Positions 34,408 through 53,623 of a stretch of DNA of 64,000 nt are shown piece after piece. The position numbers and the translations under genes are program-made. Position 1 is the stretch's first letter. Each line of letters opens with the position of its first letter. The DNA comes from the human T2T-CHM13v2.0 reference genome, Homo sapiens. The notes under the pieces were generated by a model. That model ran no database searches, was not told the origin of the DNA, and worked only from the letters and a program-made list of their open reading frames with translations. Location of the stretch: NCBI RefSeq assembly GCF_009914755.1, contig NC_060931.1; one strand, 5' to 3'.

Positions 34408-35080
34408 TGATCCACCTGCCTCGGCCTCCCAAAGTGCTGGATTACAGGCGTGAGCCACTGCACCCTGCCAGTTATTTTTAACACACAAAAATTCAATGAA
34501 ATCCGTGGATCGGGAGAAAAGGTAGGTATGACCTGAGGAAGGGTTGCCCAGGGAGCCGTCCACTTGCCCTCTCGGCCCCTCCTCTCTCTCTGAATTGCGT
34601 CTCCAACCTGCCAGAATGTCCCTATGAGCCCTCTGGTGTTTTTCTTGAAGTTTATTGTGTTTTCCTCCTCAGCGTACTGGTCGGTGAAGGCCTGGGGGAA
34701 TGAAATGTGTCTTGAGAAAAGCCTGGGTCACAGAGTAGGGTGGGCCACGTGGGATCTCGGGAGTGGGTGTCCCTGGTGTGCCCCCTACTGGTGACCTCTT
34801 CCCTGAGGATGGCCAGTCCCCACAACCCCGCTGAACGCACAGGCCTGGGCAGCCACCTTCCCGCCATGTGACCCTGCCTGGTCCCGCAGTGAGTCGAGCC
34901 GGAAGCCTGCTGGTCCAGTCAGATTCCTCCTGCAGCACTGGGCTGGAAGCCATATGGATATGCGGGCTGAGTATAAAAATGGTCACTGGAAGCAGACTCA
35001 GAGAGGAGAGAGAGGATCCCGTTGTGCGAAAGGCAGAGATGAGAAGAACCAGGTGTCCCCTGTCTGGGAGAAAGTTGTAG

Positions 35081-35173
<93 letters not shown>

Positions 35174-35281
35174 TGAGCTCAGGAGTTCAAGGCCAGCATG
35201 GGCAACATGGTGAAACCCCGTCTCTACTAAAATACAAAAAAATTAGCTGGGCGTGGCGGCGTGCACCTGTAGTCTCAGCTA

Positions 35282-35443
<162 letters not shown>

Positions 35444-35685
35444 TCATGGCTTTTGCCACCTCCCTGGTATAAACACCTCCATCATGCCAATATCAAGCTG
35501 CCCCTGTAAAGTCACTGAATAGGGACTTGGGAAGAGGTATCCACAATCGGCTCTTGCTGGTCTGGGCTGGGTGTGGCCTCGGTTTCTGATAGTTTCACTG
35601 TCTTCATGGGGCCTGGAGGCTGTCCACTTTCTGGCCATGAATCTTGTCCGCCCCTCCAAAGGTGTGACCCAAGGGCAGTCTCTCA

Positions 35686-35880
<195 letters not shown>

Positions 35881-35883
35881 TTA

Positions 35884-36315
<432 letters not shown>

Positions 36316-36534
36316 CTATTGCATTACTCTGGTCCACTTCACTCATTTACATTCTTGCTGGCACCTGGGCAACTCCAGTGGCAATGTAATAACTTGTTTA
36401 ATTGCATGCCTATCCCAACAAGCTGTCAGCACCTTGAGAATAGGGACCGGGGCTGATAAATCTCTGGGCTCTTGGACCCATCCCTGTGGTTCCAGGGACA
36501 TGGCAGGAACTCAGCGACTGTCCAAGGCAGGGCA

Positions 36535-36680
36535 GGCGCATAGAAGTATCTGCAATGATGGAAATGTTCTCTAATCTGCTCTGCCCCATACCGTAGCCAC
36601 TAGCCCCATGAGGCTCTTCAACATTTGAAATGTGGCTCATGTGACAGAGGAATTGGATTTTTATTGACTTGTAATTAAAA
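36535..36680. mobile_element. MER3-like hAT-Charlie relic
   Basis: tctgcaatgatggaaatgttct...gtagccactagcc...catttgaaatgtggct...gaggaattggattttta. Confidence 0.7.
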
Positions 36681-37184
36681 CCCAAATCCCAAATTCCTCG
36701 GGGAGGTGGAGTTGAGGTTTGGCGACCCTGCGATTAAACCCCTTTCTCTGCTGCAAGCTGATGCCTTGGTGTATTGGCCTGCTATGTCCAATGGGCAACA
36801 AACCCATTAGGGTCACAGAGCCAGGGAGGCAGACGGTGGGGCTTGGAGCGGTAACTGCTCTTCAACTGGTAAGGAAGAATCCAGTATTTTTCCCAATGGA
36901 TCAGCTCTGCCAAGGCCATGACTAGCTGAATCCATGACTGGTCCCTGACCACTCTTTCCAGGCTTCGAACCTCAGCTTCGCTTTTCCTCTACCCACAGTC
37001 TACGAGGACACACTCAGTGAGATCTAACTCATCCTTCAGGCCTCACCTCTGACCCTCCCGCTTTGAGCCCCTGGCGGAATTGATCGTTCCTCTCCTACCC
37101 TTTCACCAGAACCCCTTCCCGTGGGGCATGTTCACCCTGAGGATGCCCTGAAATTGGTCGGTGAGTGAATGTTAGAACAAGTGA

Positions 37185-37505
<321 letters not shown>

Positions 37506-37614
37506 TAGCTAGGATGGTCGCGATCTCCTGACCTCATGATCCGCCCACCTTGGCCTCCCAAAGTGCTGGAATTACGGGCGTGAGCCACCGCGCCCGGCCC
37601 ACGCGTTTTCTTTT

Positions 37615-39055
<1,441 letters not shown>

Positions 39056-39615
39056 ACAGATGGAGAGGAGAGGAGAGGGGAGAGACAGTGCCCGTGTTAC
39101 CTGGGTTTCTGGCTGAGTGACTGAGTTAAGGGTGGGCTGGGGAGGAGAGGGGCAGGTTTGGGAGTAACAAGGTGAGTGGGTTTTAGGCCTGTGTGGACTG
39201 GATTAGTGTCCCTCACAGGATGGGGGGTGGGGATCAGTCTGTATCTTGTAGAGGTGGTGGGGTCCCAGCACCAAGCGTCTCCCCAGACTCTCCCGGGGAA
39301 GAACCACCGTGGTTCACAAACCACATGCACTACTCTGCAGTAAAGAACAGCGGCCCTGGGACCAGGTTCCCAGAGCTTAGGGTGTAACCGAGACAGGTGA
39401 GTCCACCATCCACACTGACCCCTGCCCCTATGGTTGGACAGGCCGAAATGGAAACGTCCCAGGCCAGCGCCGCCAGCCTGCTGTGGCCATCACGAAGCCC
39501 CGTCTGTGTGCGTGCACCCTCCGGGGAGGGCCGTGGGGCTCCCTCCAAGGAAATCAGTGCATGGCCCCTCTTGGGGGACTATCTTGCAGAGAAGAACTGT
39601 TCAAAATGATGCTCA

Positions 39616-39846
<231 letters not shown>

Positions 39847-40544
39847 TTAAAAATTAGCTGAGCATGGTGATGCATGCCTGTAGTCCCAGCTACTAGGGAG
39901 GATGAGGCTGGAGGATTGAGCCCAGAAGGTTGAGGCTGTAAGTGGGCCATATTCATACCACTGCACTCCAGCCTGGATGCTAGCTTAAGAGATATGCCTA
40001 CCTTGGCCTTCCAAACTGCTGGGATTCCAGGTGTGAACCCCCACACCCAGCCTGTGATGGCTTTTGAGAACAGCATGGTGGCATGATGCCAGGGCTCAAA
40101 GACATCTCACTCCTGCATTCACCCCCTCCCCAAAGCAGCCCCCTTCCTGGGTTGGGTGAGAAAACCAGCGTTTCTCAGAATTGTGACCTGGTTAGGTAGA
40201 AGCCCAGGGCCAGCGGGCCGACACTACCAGGGGGTGAGCAGACTGACTCTTCCAAGAGAGGAAATCCTGTAATCCCAGCACAGTAGCTGGGACTACAGGC
40301 ATGAATCACCATGCTCAGCTAATTTTTAAATATTCTTTGTAGAAACAAGGTCTCACTACGTTGCCCAGGCTGGTCTGGAACTCCTGACCTCAAGTGATCC
40401 CAGCACTTTGGGAGGCCGAGGCAGGCAGATCAACTGAGGTCAGGAGTTCGATACCAGCCTGGCCAACATGGTGAAACCCTGTCTCTATTAAAAATACAAA
40501 AATTAGCCGGGAGTGGTGGTGGTGCACACCAGTAGTCCCAGCTA

Positions 40545-40761
<217 letters not shown>

Positions 40762-43501
40762 TCAGTGTGGTCATTATGTCACCCAGCCACCCAGCCCCCA
40801 GCCAGCCACTGCCTGGGACACCAACCACTTCCTTGGTCCCTAGAAGAGCAGAGGGGACACACGACCAAAGGCCCTGGGACCCCAAACAGCACCTCAGAAA
40901 TGGAAAATCCAGCCCCGAGCTTACAGTTGCAAATCAGCAGACCTGGGTGAAGTTCCAGCTTACCAGCTGTGTGACCTTGGTCAAGTCACTTAACCTCTCT
41001 GAGCCTCAATTTTCACCTGTATAACATGGAGAAGAGTTTGGGGATAAGTAAAATAACATTTACAAGGTGCTCAGCACAGAGGAGGAGCTCAAAAAACATT
41101 TGCTCATATTTGCCAAATCCCAGAGCAATAGTTCTTTATCTTTTTGGGATTGCAACACCCTTTGGGAATCTGAGAAAGGCTGGACTTTCTCCCCAGAAAA
41201 GTGTGTGTCTACACATACGACACAATTTCCAGTGCTCGCCTCTCACAGTGGCTCTGGGCTGCGTGGCTGGTGCCCATGGTGTGAACCAAGCATCGTTGTG
41301 GCATTGTCGGCTTGGCACAGGCATCCAGAGCCTCGGGCTCCAGGCTTTGCTGTACGGGGAGCTTCCCTGAGCCCTGGGCTGGCTCTGCAGTCAAAACTCA
41401 GCTTGCAGGCCCTTGTGCAATACTTGGACTTGCAGGCAGACGGTGCAAAGAGCTCCGTGCCTCCCTCCCCGGCCTCCCAGACCCCACTCGGCTCTCCAGG
41501 CAGACACAGGGGTTGCTGGCAGCTGAACAGGCAGGACCTGGGGGCTGAAGCCGATGATGCTGGAGGTCTCCTTGGAAATCCTCATGTGGACCCGTCCCCG
41601 GGGTGCCAACCCCACTCCCCTGCTGCCTTCACCATTTCATCAGAGAAGGGAAGGGAAGAGGGAACCTCATTCCAGCCCTCGGCCCCTGCCTCCTCTCACC
41701 CGCTTATTAGCAATTATCCACCCCACAGCCCTGCACTCTCGATCCTGGTTAAAATCACTCGGGCAAGGCAAGGGGGAAAAGAAACCCCACCACAGATTCT
41801 TTTCAGATATCTTTCCCTACGCACAGCTTATCTCCACCCCACTTGTCCTCCCAAATGACATGCAAGCCACCTGTTTGCTTATTCTGCTCAGCCACCCGAG
41901 AGTTCTGAAGTCAAACAAATGATATAAATCACTCAGCTGGCTTTTTGTCCGAGACTCCTTCCCGGTCACGTCTGTCCACTCAGCACGGAGCGCTTTACGA
42001 GGAAGCACAGCTTCCAGGCCGAAACACGAAGCCCTCGGCTTGGGGGAGGTTTACATTTTAACTTAAGGCTTTCACAAGATGGAAGCTGCAGGCCTTCCGG
42101 CCCTAGCATGGCCTCGTGTGGTGGTTTATTTGGCCCTAAATAACGGCAGCTGCACCTAGGAGTCACGGCCTCTCTACACCCAGCACGTCTAGCTTGTTTC
42201 TGGGGGCTGTCTTGGAAAAAGCAGCATTGCTCACGGGCTCTTGGAGGGAGACACTGTTTTTCAAGGTGTCACACTCCCTGGCAGACCCGGAGCTGGTGGT
42301 GCAGAGATGGATTGTGAGGGAGGAGGCAAGAACAAGGCATCCTCCTAGGACCCCCATGCATTCACTCCCACCTCCTGGAGATTTCTGCTGCTAATTTGTC
42401 TTCTGTAGGTCAAAATGCCAGAAAATGCTACAGGCCACACAGTATTTTCTTTTTTTGGAAGAGATCTTTATTAATAGAGTGCTTTTATTAATAATTCATA
42501 CCTTGTCTAAGCGGTAAAAACCCAGCAGAGGATTAACCCATGCCCATGGTATTTGAAACTATAAAGAATAAAGTTTTCTCCTGTATTTGTTAGGAATTGC
42601 TCTTGGCTGCAAGTAACAGAGAACTGAAATAACAGTCATTTAACACAAGACACAAATTTCTTTCTGTCTCATGTAAAAGAAACCCAAGCAGCAGTCCTGG
42701 GCCCCCAAGTATCATCAGTGACTGTGGCTCCTTCTTTCTTTCTGATCTGCCATCCTCCAAGTGGGGTTTCCACCCTCACAGTCACCTCAAGATGCAAGAA
42801 CACTGCTGGTGCTCCAGCCATTGCGTCTGCATCCGCAGCAGAAAACTGGAGGAAGCGCCATTTGTCTCTCCCCCAAACTTCCCCTTACATTTCCCTAATT
42901 GCAAGGGAGGCTGGGATATATGGTCTTTGAGCTGTGCATGTAGATTCCCAGGATGAGTCAGGATTCTCTTAGGAAGGAAGGGGAATCTGGGTATTAGGTT
43001 GTTAGTGAGCAGTTGCTCCCACAGTTCCCACATTCAGACAGACCCGGGTTTGAATCCGAGCCTGCCACCCAGTAGCTTCCTGCACATGCAGTGTGGTGCC
43101 CCGTGAGGGTGCAACCTGGCCTGGTTTGGCTGTGCCTGTCAGGTCCACACTCGGCAAATTTGCGTCAAGGGGGTGAAGGAGAAGAATGGTTCTAGAACTC
43201 CTAGGACTTTTGCTACCTGCTGGGGAGCGGGCGTGGCTTTCCTGCACCCCTCAAGCTCCTGGGAAGTGGGGTATGAACCCCCCAGAGGGCTGTACCTCAC
43301 GTGCTTGCTCCTGACCTGCAGGAGGAAGCGGGGCTGCCCTTTAGGGACATTGAATGTGGGGCAGGGGCAGTTATGTGCAGAGAAGAGCTGAGTGACGGGG
43401 GCCTGGCCTCAGGGCTGGAGTTACGGGGCAGGCCAGACACAGACTGCAAGGGCTCCCCAGGGTCAGTGAGAGGATGGGCCCTTCTCAGGGTGACAAGATA
43501 A

Positions 43502-43507
43502 TTTATT
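43502..43507 (-). terminator. Candidate distal poly(A) signal AATAAA
   Basis: tttatt on +, about 260 nt beyond the proximal signal. Usage cannot be shown from sequence. Confidence 0.4.
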
Positions 43508-43744
43508 GATCTTCCAAATCAGGATGCATTTGAGTCCATAGGGTGCGATTAGCAAGTATTACCCTAAGCCCAGGGGTAAATCAGGCCTGTCCTGGGACCC
43601 TGGGGTGTGTGGTCACCCCACCTTCACCCTACCCAGGAACATGGGGCCTGAGTCTCCAGCTAAGCTCACTGGGCATGGTTTTCAGGTTAGGAAGGCGGCA
43701 AGGGCTCAAGGCCTGGCAAGCTGTTCACAAACAAAGGGTCGAAA

Positions 43745-44242
43745 CAAAGAAATAATAATACATTTTAATGCAAGAGAAATCATAGCCTGGTACACACCCC
43801 TTCCCCGATCTGTCCTGCCTGGGGATGTGTTTATGGTGAGTGTGTCCCCAGGACTGGTAGTCACCTGGCTGTCCGGGTCCCCGCCCTACTGGCGGCAGCA
43901 TGCCTGTCCCCAGCATTACATTCAACTGCTGCTCTGGCTCTCGAGAGGCCGGCTGGCCTCGGGCCTCCGGCTTGGCGTTCTTTGCTCCCCTGTCTCCCTG
44001 CTAAGGCCAGCAGGGCCAAACTGCTAGGCCAGGTCAGCCAGGGCTGGGGGAATGGGCTGTACCCTGCTCCTCCCCAGGCACGACTGTCCCCCCGGGGCTC
44101 CATCACCGGGTGGGGCGGAGCGTCTGCTGGGGCAGCTCTGTGGGCCACAGGATCCCCCCGCACCCACTGCATCTCTCTGCCCAGGGTGCCTGCCTCATAG
44201 GATGCCCCGCGCCACAGAGTCTCTCTGCCCAGGGCGCCCGCC
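43745..44242 (-). other. CARD11: CARD11 3' UTR (about 0.5 kb; 3' end approximate)
   Basis: Lies between the stop codon and an ATTAAA signal followed by a U/GU-rich tract. Cleavage position is inferred. Confidence 0.75.
43764..43769 (-). terminator. Proximal poly(A) signal ATTAAA
   Basis: tttaat on +. Followed on - by TGTATTATTATTTCTTTGTTTCGACCCTTTGTTTGTG, resembling a downstream element. Confidence 0.75.
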
Positions 44243-44566
<324 letters not shown>

Positions 44567-44659
44567 CTATAGCGTCCGTGCCTCTTAACGCTAGGGACCG
44601 TGCCCCTTCATGCTGTTCATCGGAAATTCCAAATACATCCTTATTGATTGATTGATTGA

Positions 44660-44767
<108 letters not shown>

Positions 44768-44949
44768 TGAGTAGCTGGGACTACAGGCATATGCTATCAT
44801 GCCCGGCTAATTTTTATATTTTTAGTAGAGATGGGGTTTCACCCTGTTGGCCAGGCTGGTCTTGAACTCTCGACCTCAAATGACCTGCCTGCCTTGGCCT
44901 CCCAAGGTGCTGGGATTATGGGCGTGAGCCACCGCTCCCGGCCACATCC

Positions 44950-46165
<1,216 letters not shown>

Positions 46166-46552
46166 TCGAGGGGGATGCCCGTCTCTTTTGCTCACTGCTG
46201 CGTTCCCCAGAGCCTAACCCTTCACAATGGCTCAGTGAGTATCTGGTGAAAAGGAATGAATGGGCCTAAACTCTCAGTCTGTGATTCCCTCTGCAAAATG
46301 GTGGCAGGACATTTATTTTGCAGGTGCGTGCGAGGAGGGGCGGGGATCCGAGATGAAGCCACTTAAGGGCCAGTCTGTCCTCATCACCCAGGCCCCAAAC
46401 CTCAGCGCCGTCCTTTCGTTTTTTTTTTTTTTTTTTTTTTTCTGAGATGGAGTCTCACTCTGTCGCCCAGGCTGGAGTGCAGTGGCTCGATCTCAGCTCA
46501 CTGCAACCTGCCCCTCCCACGTTCAAGCGATTCTCCTGCTTCTGCCTCCTGA

Positions 46553-46870
<318 letters not shown>

Positions 46871-46981
46871 TGAGAGGTGCGTTTATACCCTAAAGTGGAC
46901 CATGCCACCTTCAGTGGCCTCCAGATGCACCCAGAACAAGATGTCGCAGCCTCCCGTGGCCCTGCATGGCCTGGACCCGCT

Positions 46982-47100
46982 GCCCCTCACCCCTCCGCCC
47001 CTCACCCCTCCGCCCCCACCCTCCACCTCTCATCCCTCCGCCCCTCGCCCCTCCACCCCCACCCCTCCGCCCCCACCCCTCCGTCCCTCACCATTCCGCC
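46982..47100. repeat. C-rich ~15-bp repeat (CCCCTCACCCCTCCG); G-run rich on the CARD11 sense strand
   Basis: More than ten runs of 3 or more C in about 120 bp. Confidence 0.85.
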
Positions 47101-47473
47101 CAAACATCTGTCTCAGGGTCTGAGCACCAGCTGTTCCCCTGCTGCCCAGATTGCGTCTTCTTTCTCATCTCCTAGGCCCCCCTCACTGCCATGGGTCTCG
47201 CTGATGGATACCCCAGGCCTTCCCGGACCACCCTGGGTGATGGGCACTCCGCCCCGTCCCTCCCAGCTCTTGTCCCCTGGGATGCGCCCCATATGTGAGT
47301 CACCATCTCGGCCGCTGTCCTTGGCATCAGCTCTGCAAGGTCAGTCCCGTACTTGGTGAGGGTTTACAAAAGGGGTGCATGAGGTGGGGGCACACAGGCC
47401 TCCTGCGATCCATGGAGGCTTGGTGGGGTGCTAGGGACAGGAGGGGACAGCCCTTAGGGGTCTGGGAGCCCTA

Positions 47474-47611
<138 letters not shown>

Positions 47612-48031
47612 TCAGCAGCAGCCCACCCACCTCCCGCTCCTGTGAAGGTGCCTGCAGCGGGGCCTGGATGCAGGGTTGGGGTCTATAGCGGGGCGGGAGC
47701 CCTGAAAGCCACCTGCCGCTGATCCAGGAGATGAGACCCCCACATGAGTCTGGACACTCCAGGACTCTGCTGACCACAGTGATGTTCATGGGCAGAGATG
47801 AGGCCCCGGACGGGGTGAACCAGGTGGCGTGAATGAGTTTGAATGAAACACCTGCTACCAGCCGGGCGTGGTGGCTCACGCCTGTAATCCCAGCACTTTG
47901 GGAGGCCCAGGCGGGCCGATCACTTGGGGTCAGGAGTTCGAGACCAGCCTGGCCAACACGGCAAAACCCTGTCTCTACTAAAAGTATAAAAATTAGCTGG
48001 GTGCGGTGGCCCACGCCTGTAATCCCAGCTA

Positions 48032-48218
<187 letters not shown>

Positions 48219-49511
48219 TCAAGTAAGAGGGTAGGGAACACATGAAGGGTGAGGCGGCGAGGCTGGCAGGTCCCAGGAGTATCTGCAAGGTTCTCAACCA
48301 TGAGCTCATCATTTTGAGAAAGGGCAATTTCTGCTTTGCTGAAGGCATCACTTAAAAAAAAATTCCACCAAATGTTGGCATGGTGGCTCATGCCAGCAAT
48401 CCCAGCACTTTGGGCGGTGGGAGGATTGCTTGACGCTAGGAGTTCGAGACCAGCCTGGGCAATATAACAAGACCCTATCTCTAAAAAAATTAGAAAATCA
48501 TTAGCTGGGCATGGTGGTGAGTAACTGTAGTCCCAGCTACTCGGGAGGCAGAGGCGGGAGAGTTGCTTCAGCCTAGAAGTCGCGGCTGCAGTAAGCCGGG
48601 ATCATGCCCTGCACTCCAGGCTGGGCAACAGAGCGAGCCCCAGTCTCTAAATAAATAAAACATCAAACTTTGCATTGGAATAGAACATAAACACAGCATT
48701 CTAAGCATGCAGCTCAGTGAATTTCACAAACTGAACGCAGTCTAGCACTCGTGTCTGGAGGTGGGAATGACCCCCCTCGCCCAGGGTCTCCTTGGGCCTC
48801 CTGCGGGGCCACTGCTCCCCATTCCCCACCAATAGGACCATGGCCCACATTTCTACAGCACAGATCTGCTGGAAGGCTTCTTCTTTTCAGCTAAAAACAA
48901 TCTCAGCTCCAACCCTGTCTGCTCACTTTCTATCCACGCCAGCTATCAGAATTTCCTAAACTGCTGTGGCCCAGACTTAAAAAAAACAAAAACACCACCA
49001 TCTGCTCTTGCCATCCCCAAGGTCAGCGTCCACCACGGAGCCAGCCCCCGGCAGCTGGGGGAGCCCTCCAGTGACGCGGACAGAGAGCCTTTTCTTCATC
49101 CAGTGCTGGGACGAGGAAGAGCTCAACGCTTAGGTCACGTTGTCTGGCTCCAAAGACTCCACATTGCACACAGACAACCTTTTTGCATCGTTGCCAATAA
49201 CCCTTGTGATGCCCCGTTTTCCCCTCGTTTGGTGAATGCAATACCTGTCACCTTCATGTTCATCCTGTCTCTCGCCCTGATGAGCTCGTTCTCTATCTCT
49301 GGCCCTTGTTATCACAACCAGACACACACACTCCTAAATAATGCGAACACACACCAGCTCCAGGAAGCCAACACAAATAGAAAGCTCCAAAATAAAAACT
49401 CACTTCAGAGCCCAGGGAACAAGGGTGCAGAGAGGGAGTTAACACGGGGCAGCTGCTGGGACAAGGGGAAAAGGAGAGGTCTGGCCACGGGGAGGTGAAA
49501 ACAACTCTTCA

Positions 49512-49784
<273 letters not shown>

Positions 49785-50041
49785 TCAGGCCCTGCCTGCC
49801 ACCTTCTGGGCTCTACAGAACTCGATGTCCGATCCCCTTCCAGCCATGTTTAAATGAATCTCGTCTCCCCTCGACTAGACTGTGAAGCTCCTTGAGGGCA
49901 GGGCTAAGGTTAACCTTCTCCATACTCCCCATGGCAGCCCATAGAGCAGGTGCTTGGCACCTCAGCAATACCTTTCACTGGACAAAGCAGCTCAGGCACC
50001 GTGGTGCAAGGCTGATCACCAGTCTAAATAAATTTCCTGTT

Positions 50042-50665
50042 CCACCCACCCACCCACCTACCCATCCATCCACCCACCCATCTACCGACCCCTCACCCAC
50101 CCACCCATCTGTCCACCTACCTATCCACCCATCCACCCATCCCCTTATCCATCCATCCATCCATCCATCCATCCATCCATCCATCCATCCATTCACTCAT
50201 CCATCCATCCACCCACCTATCCATCCATCCATCCATCCATCCATCCATCCATCCATCCATCCACCAATCCATCCACCCACTCACCCATCCACCCACCCAT
50301 CCTTCCATCCATCCATCCACCCACCCATTTATCTATCAATCTGTCCACCCACCCAGTCACCCATCATCCATTCAGCCATCCTTCCATCCATCCATCCACC
50401 TATCCAGGGGGAGGAGGGGTGATGGGGAGGAGGAGGAGGGAAGAAGAGGGAGGAGGGAGGGGAGGATGAGGAAGAAGAAAAGGAGGGGAGGAAAGGGGAG
50501 GAGGGAAGTGAGGAGGGGGAGGGGAGGAGTGAGAAGTTGGAGGAGGGAGAAGAGAAGAGGGAGAAGGGAGGAGGAAGGAAAGGAAAGAGGGAAGAGGAGG
50601 AAAGAGGGAAGAGAAGAGGGGAGGAGGGAAGAGAAGAGGGGAGGAGGGAAGAGAAGAGGGGAAGT
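50042..50665. repeat. (CCAT/CCAC)n repeat (50042-50405) abutting a GA-rich purine tract (50406-50665)
   Basis: Directly visible; lies in intron 22 just after the exon 22 donor. Confidence 0.93.
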
Positions 50666-50677
50666 CGTCCTGGTTCA

Positions 50678-51043
<366 letters not shown>

Positions 51044-51997
51044 TCACCTCGGGCTGGCACTGCTTGGGGCTTGTGTGCCAGGGAGGGGAGGTGTGGTGGG
51101 GGGCAGGCAGAGTGTGTGACAAATGCAGGAACCTTGGCTGAGCTCTGGAGGGAAAGTTTGCCTTGTCAGACGATCAAGGAGGGCTTCTTGGAGGAAGGGT
51201 AGGGACTGGGTACAGCCCAGCGGAGGGGAGGGCAAGGGCAAGAAAAGCAAGTGCCGGCAGGCACCCACGAGACACCAGGACCAGCGGCCAAGGCCTTGGG
51301 TGTCTCCCAGGAGCACTGGGAGGGACGACTTGGCCTCAGTTCTGCTTTCTCAGTCCCTCTGTGGCTGGAGTGGCAGAGCCACACAGAAGCCCGGGGTTCT
51401 GATGAAGCCACCCCCAGGCAGCCCGAGGAAACAGCTCCCAGAAACGGGCAGCCTGTCCCTTGTCCCTTGTGCCTTTTCTTGTACCCTGGCCTGGCCACTC
51501 CAACGTCCAAAGGGCCAGCCCGGGAAGCCGCCCCAAGGCCTCCTTTGAGATCCAGCCAGGGCTGTGTGGCTTCCCTTTCCCTGAGCAGGGCCAGCCAGGG
51601 CCAGCGGGGTGGGGGACGGTGGACCGGGAGGCCCCTCGCCGGGTTGATAAATGGCAAGTGGCACTCAGTGGGTAGAGAAATCAATAAAACGAACACTTCA
51701 CAGCAAACAGCCCCAATTAACACGGGTACCCGGGAGCGAAGCAACCACACGAGAGCGTCGTTATTGGGTGAGCTTGGCGGGATGTCACCCCGAGGCAGCA
51801 TGGTCCTCACAGCCAAGGCCAGGCTCCCTCACCGTTTTAATTTCTTTTTGTCTTTTATTTTTATTTTTAGAGCTAGGAGTCTTGCTGTATGGCCCAGGCC
51901 AGAGTGACTGCAGTGATGTTATCTTGGTTCACTGCAGCCTCAAACTCCTGCTCAAGTGATCCTCCCACCTCAGCCTCCCAAGTGGCTGGGACCATAG

Positions 51998-52394
<397 letters not shown>

Positions 52395-52433
52395 TGAGCC
52401 ACTGCGCCCGGCCATAGTTATATTTTTTTGTAG

Positions 52434-52854
<421 letters not shown>

Positions 52855-53460
52855 CTAAACAGACAGGGTGCTGCCCTCAACCCGGCAAAGCCAGACCTTG
52901 TTCAAATCCCTGCTCTGCCCCTGGGGGTTCCTGGGCCAGTCATTTCCCCTATAAAAGCAGGAGACTCCCAGCAGGTGGCTCGAGCCCTTTAGCCACTGGA
53001 GAGATGTTCTCAGTAGGTAAATGAGTGAATCGGTGCCCACGCTGTCTTCCGCAGCCGGATGAGTCTCGGGTCAAGCTCATGTGCATCCCCGTGGGAACCT
53101 CAGGTGCAGCTCTGCAGGCACTGTGGGACCTGAGCCGCCCCAGCCATGAAGACCCCTGGCTGGAAACCCCTGTGGGCAGGGACTGTCCCCCTGCTGGGCA
53201 TGTGCTGGACAATGCCACCTCCCTCTGACACTGTGCTCACCATGCCTTTCTGCTTCGGTATCCCTAAGTTTAATGGGGGCACCCACTTTTTTCTACAATT
53301 CACAGAGTTGAGTCCTGGAGGGCAGAAACGGATGCCCTGGCAATGGGCCCAGAAGCAGGTTCACACCATATTCTATGGGCTACTTTGAGTCTCTCCACAC
53401 TCTTCCTTCTGCAGGAAGGAAAACGCATGGCATCTGGGGTGTCAGCCGGCTCTCTGTTAA

Positions 53461-53623
<163 letters not shown>

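Noticed and set aside
41067-41858. 263-aa plus-strand ORF convergent with CARD11
   Set aside because: Non-ATG start, begins in old repeat-like sequence, no recognisable motif.
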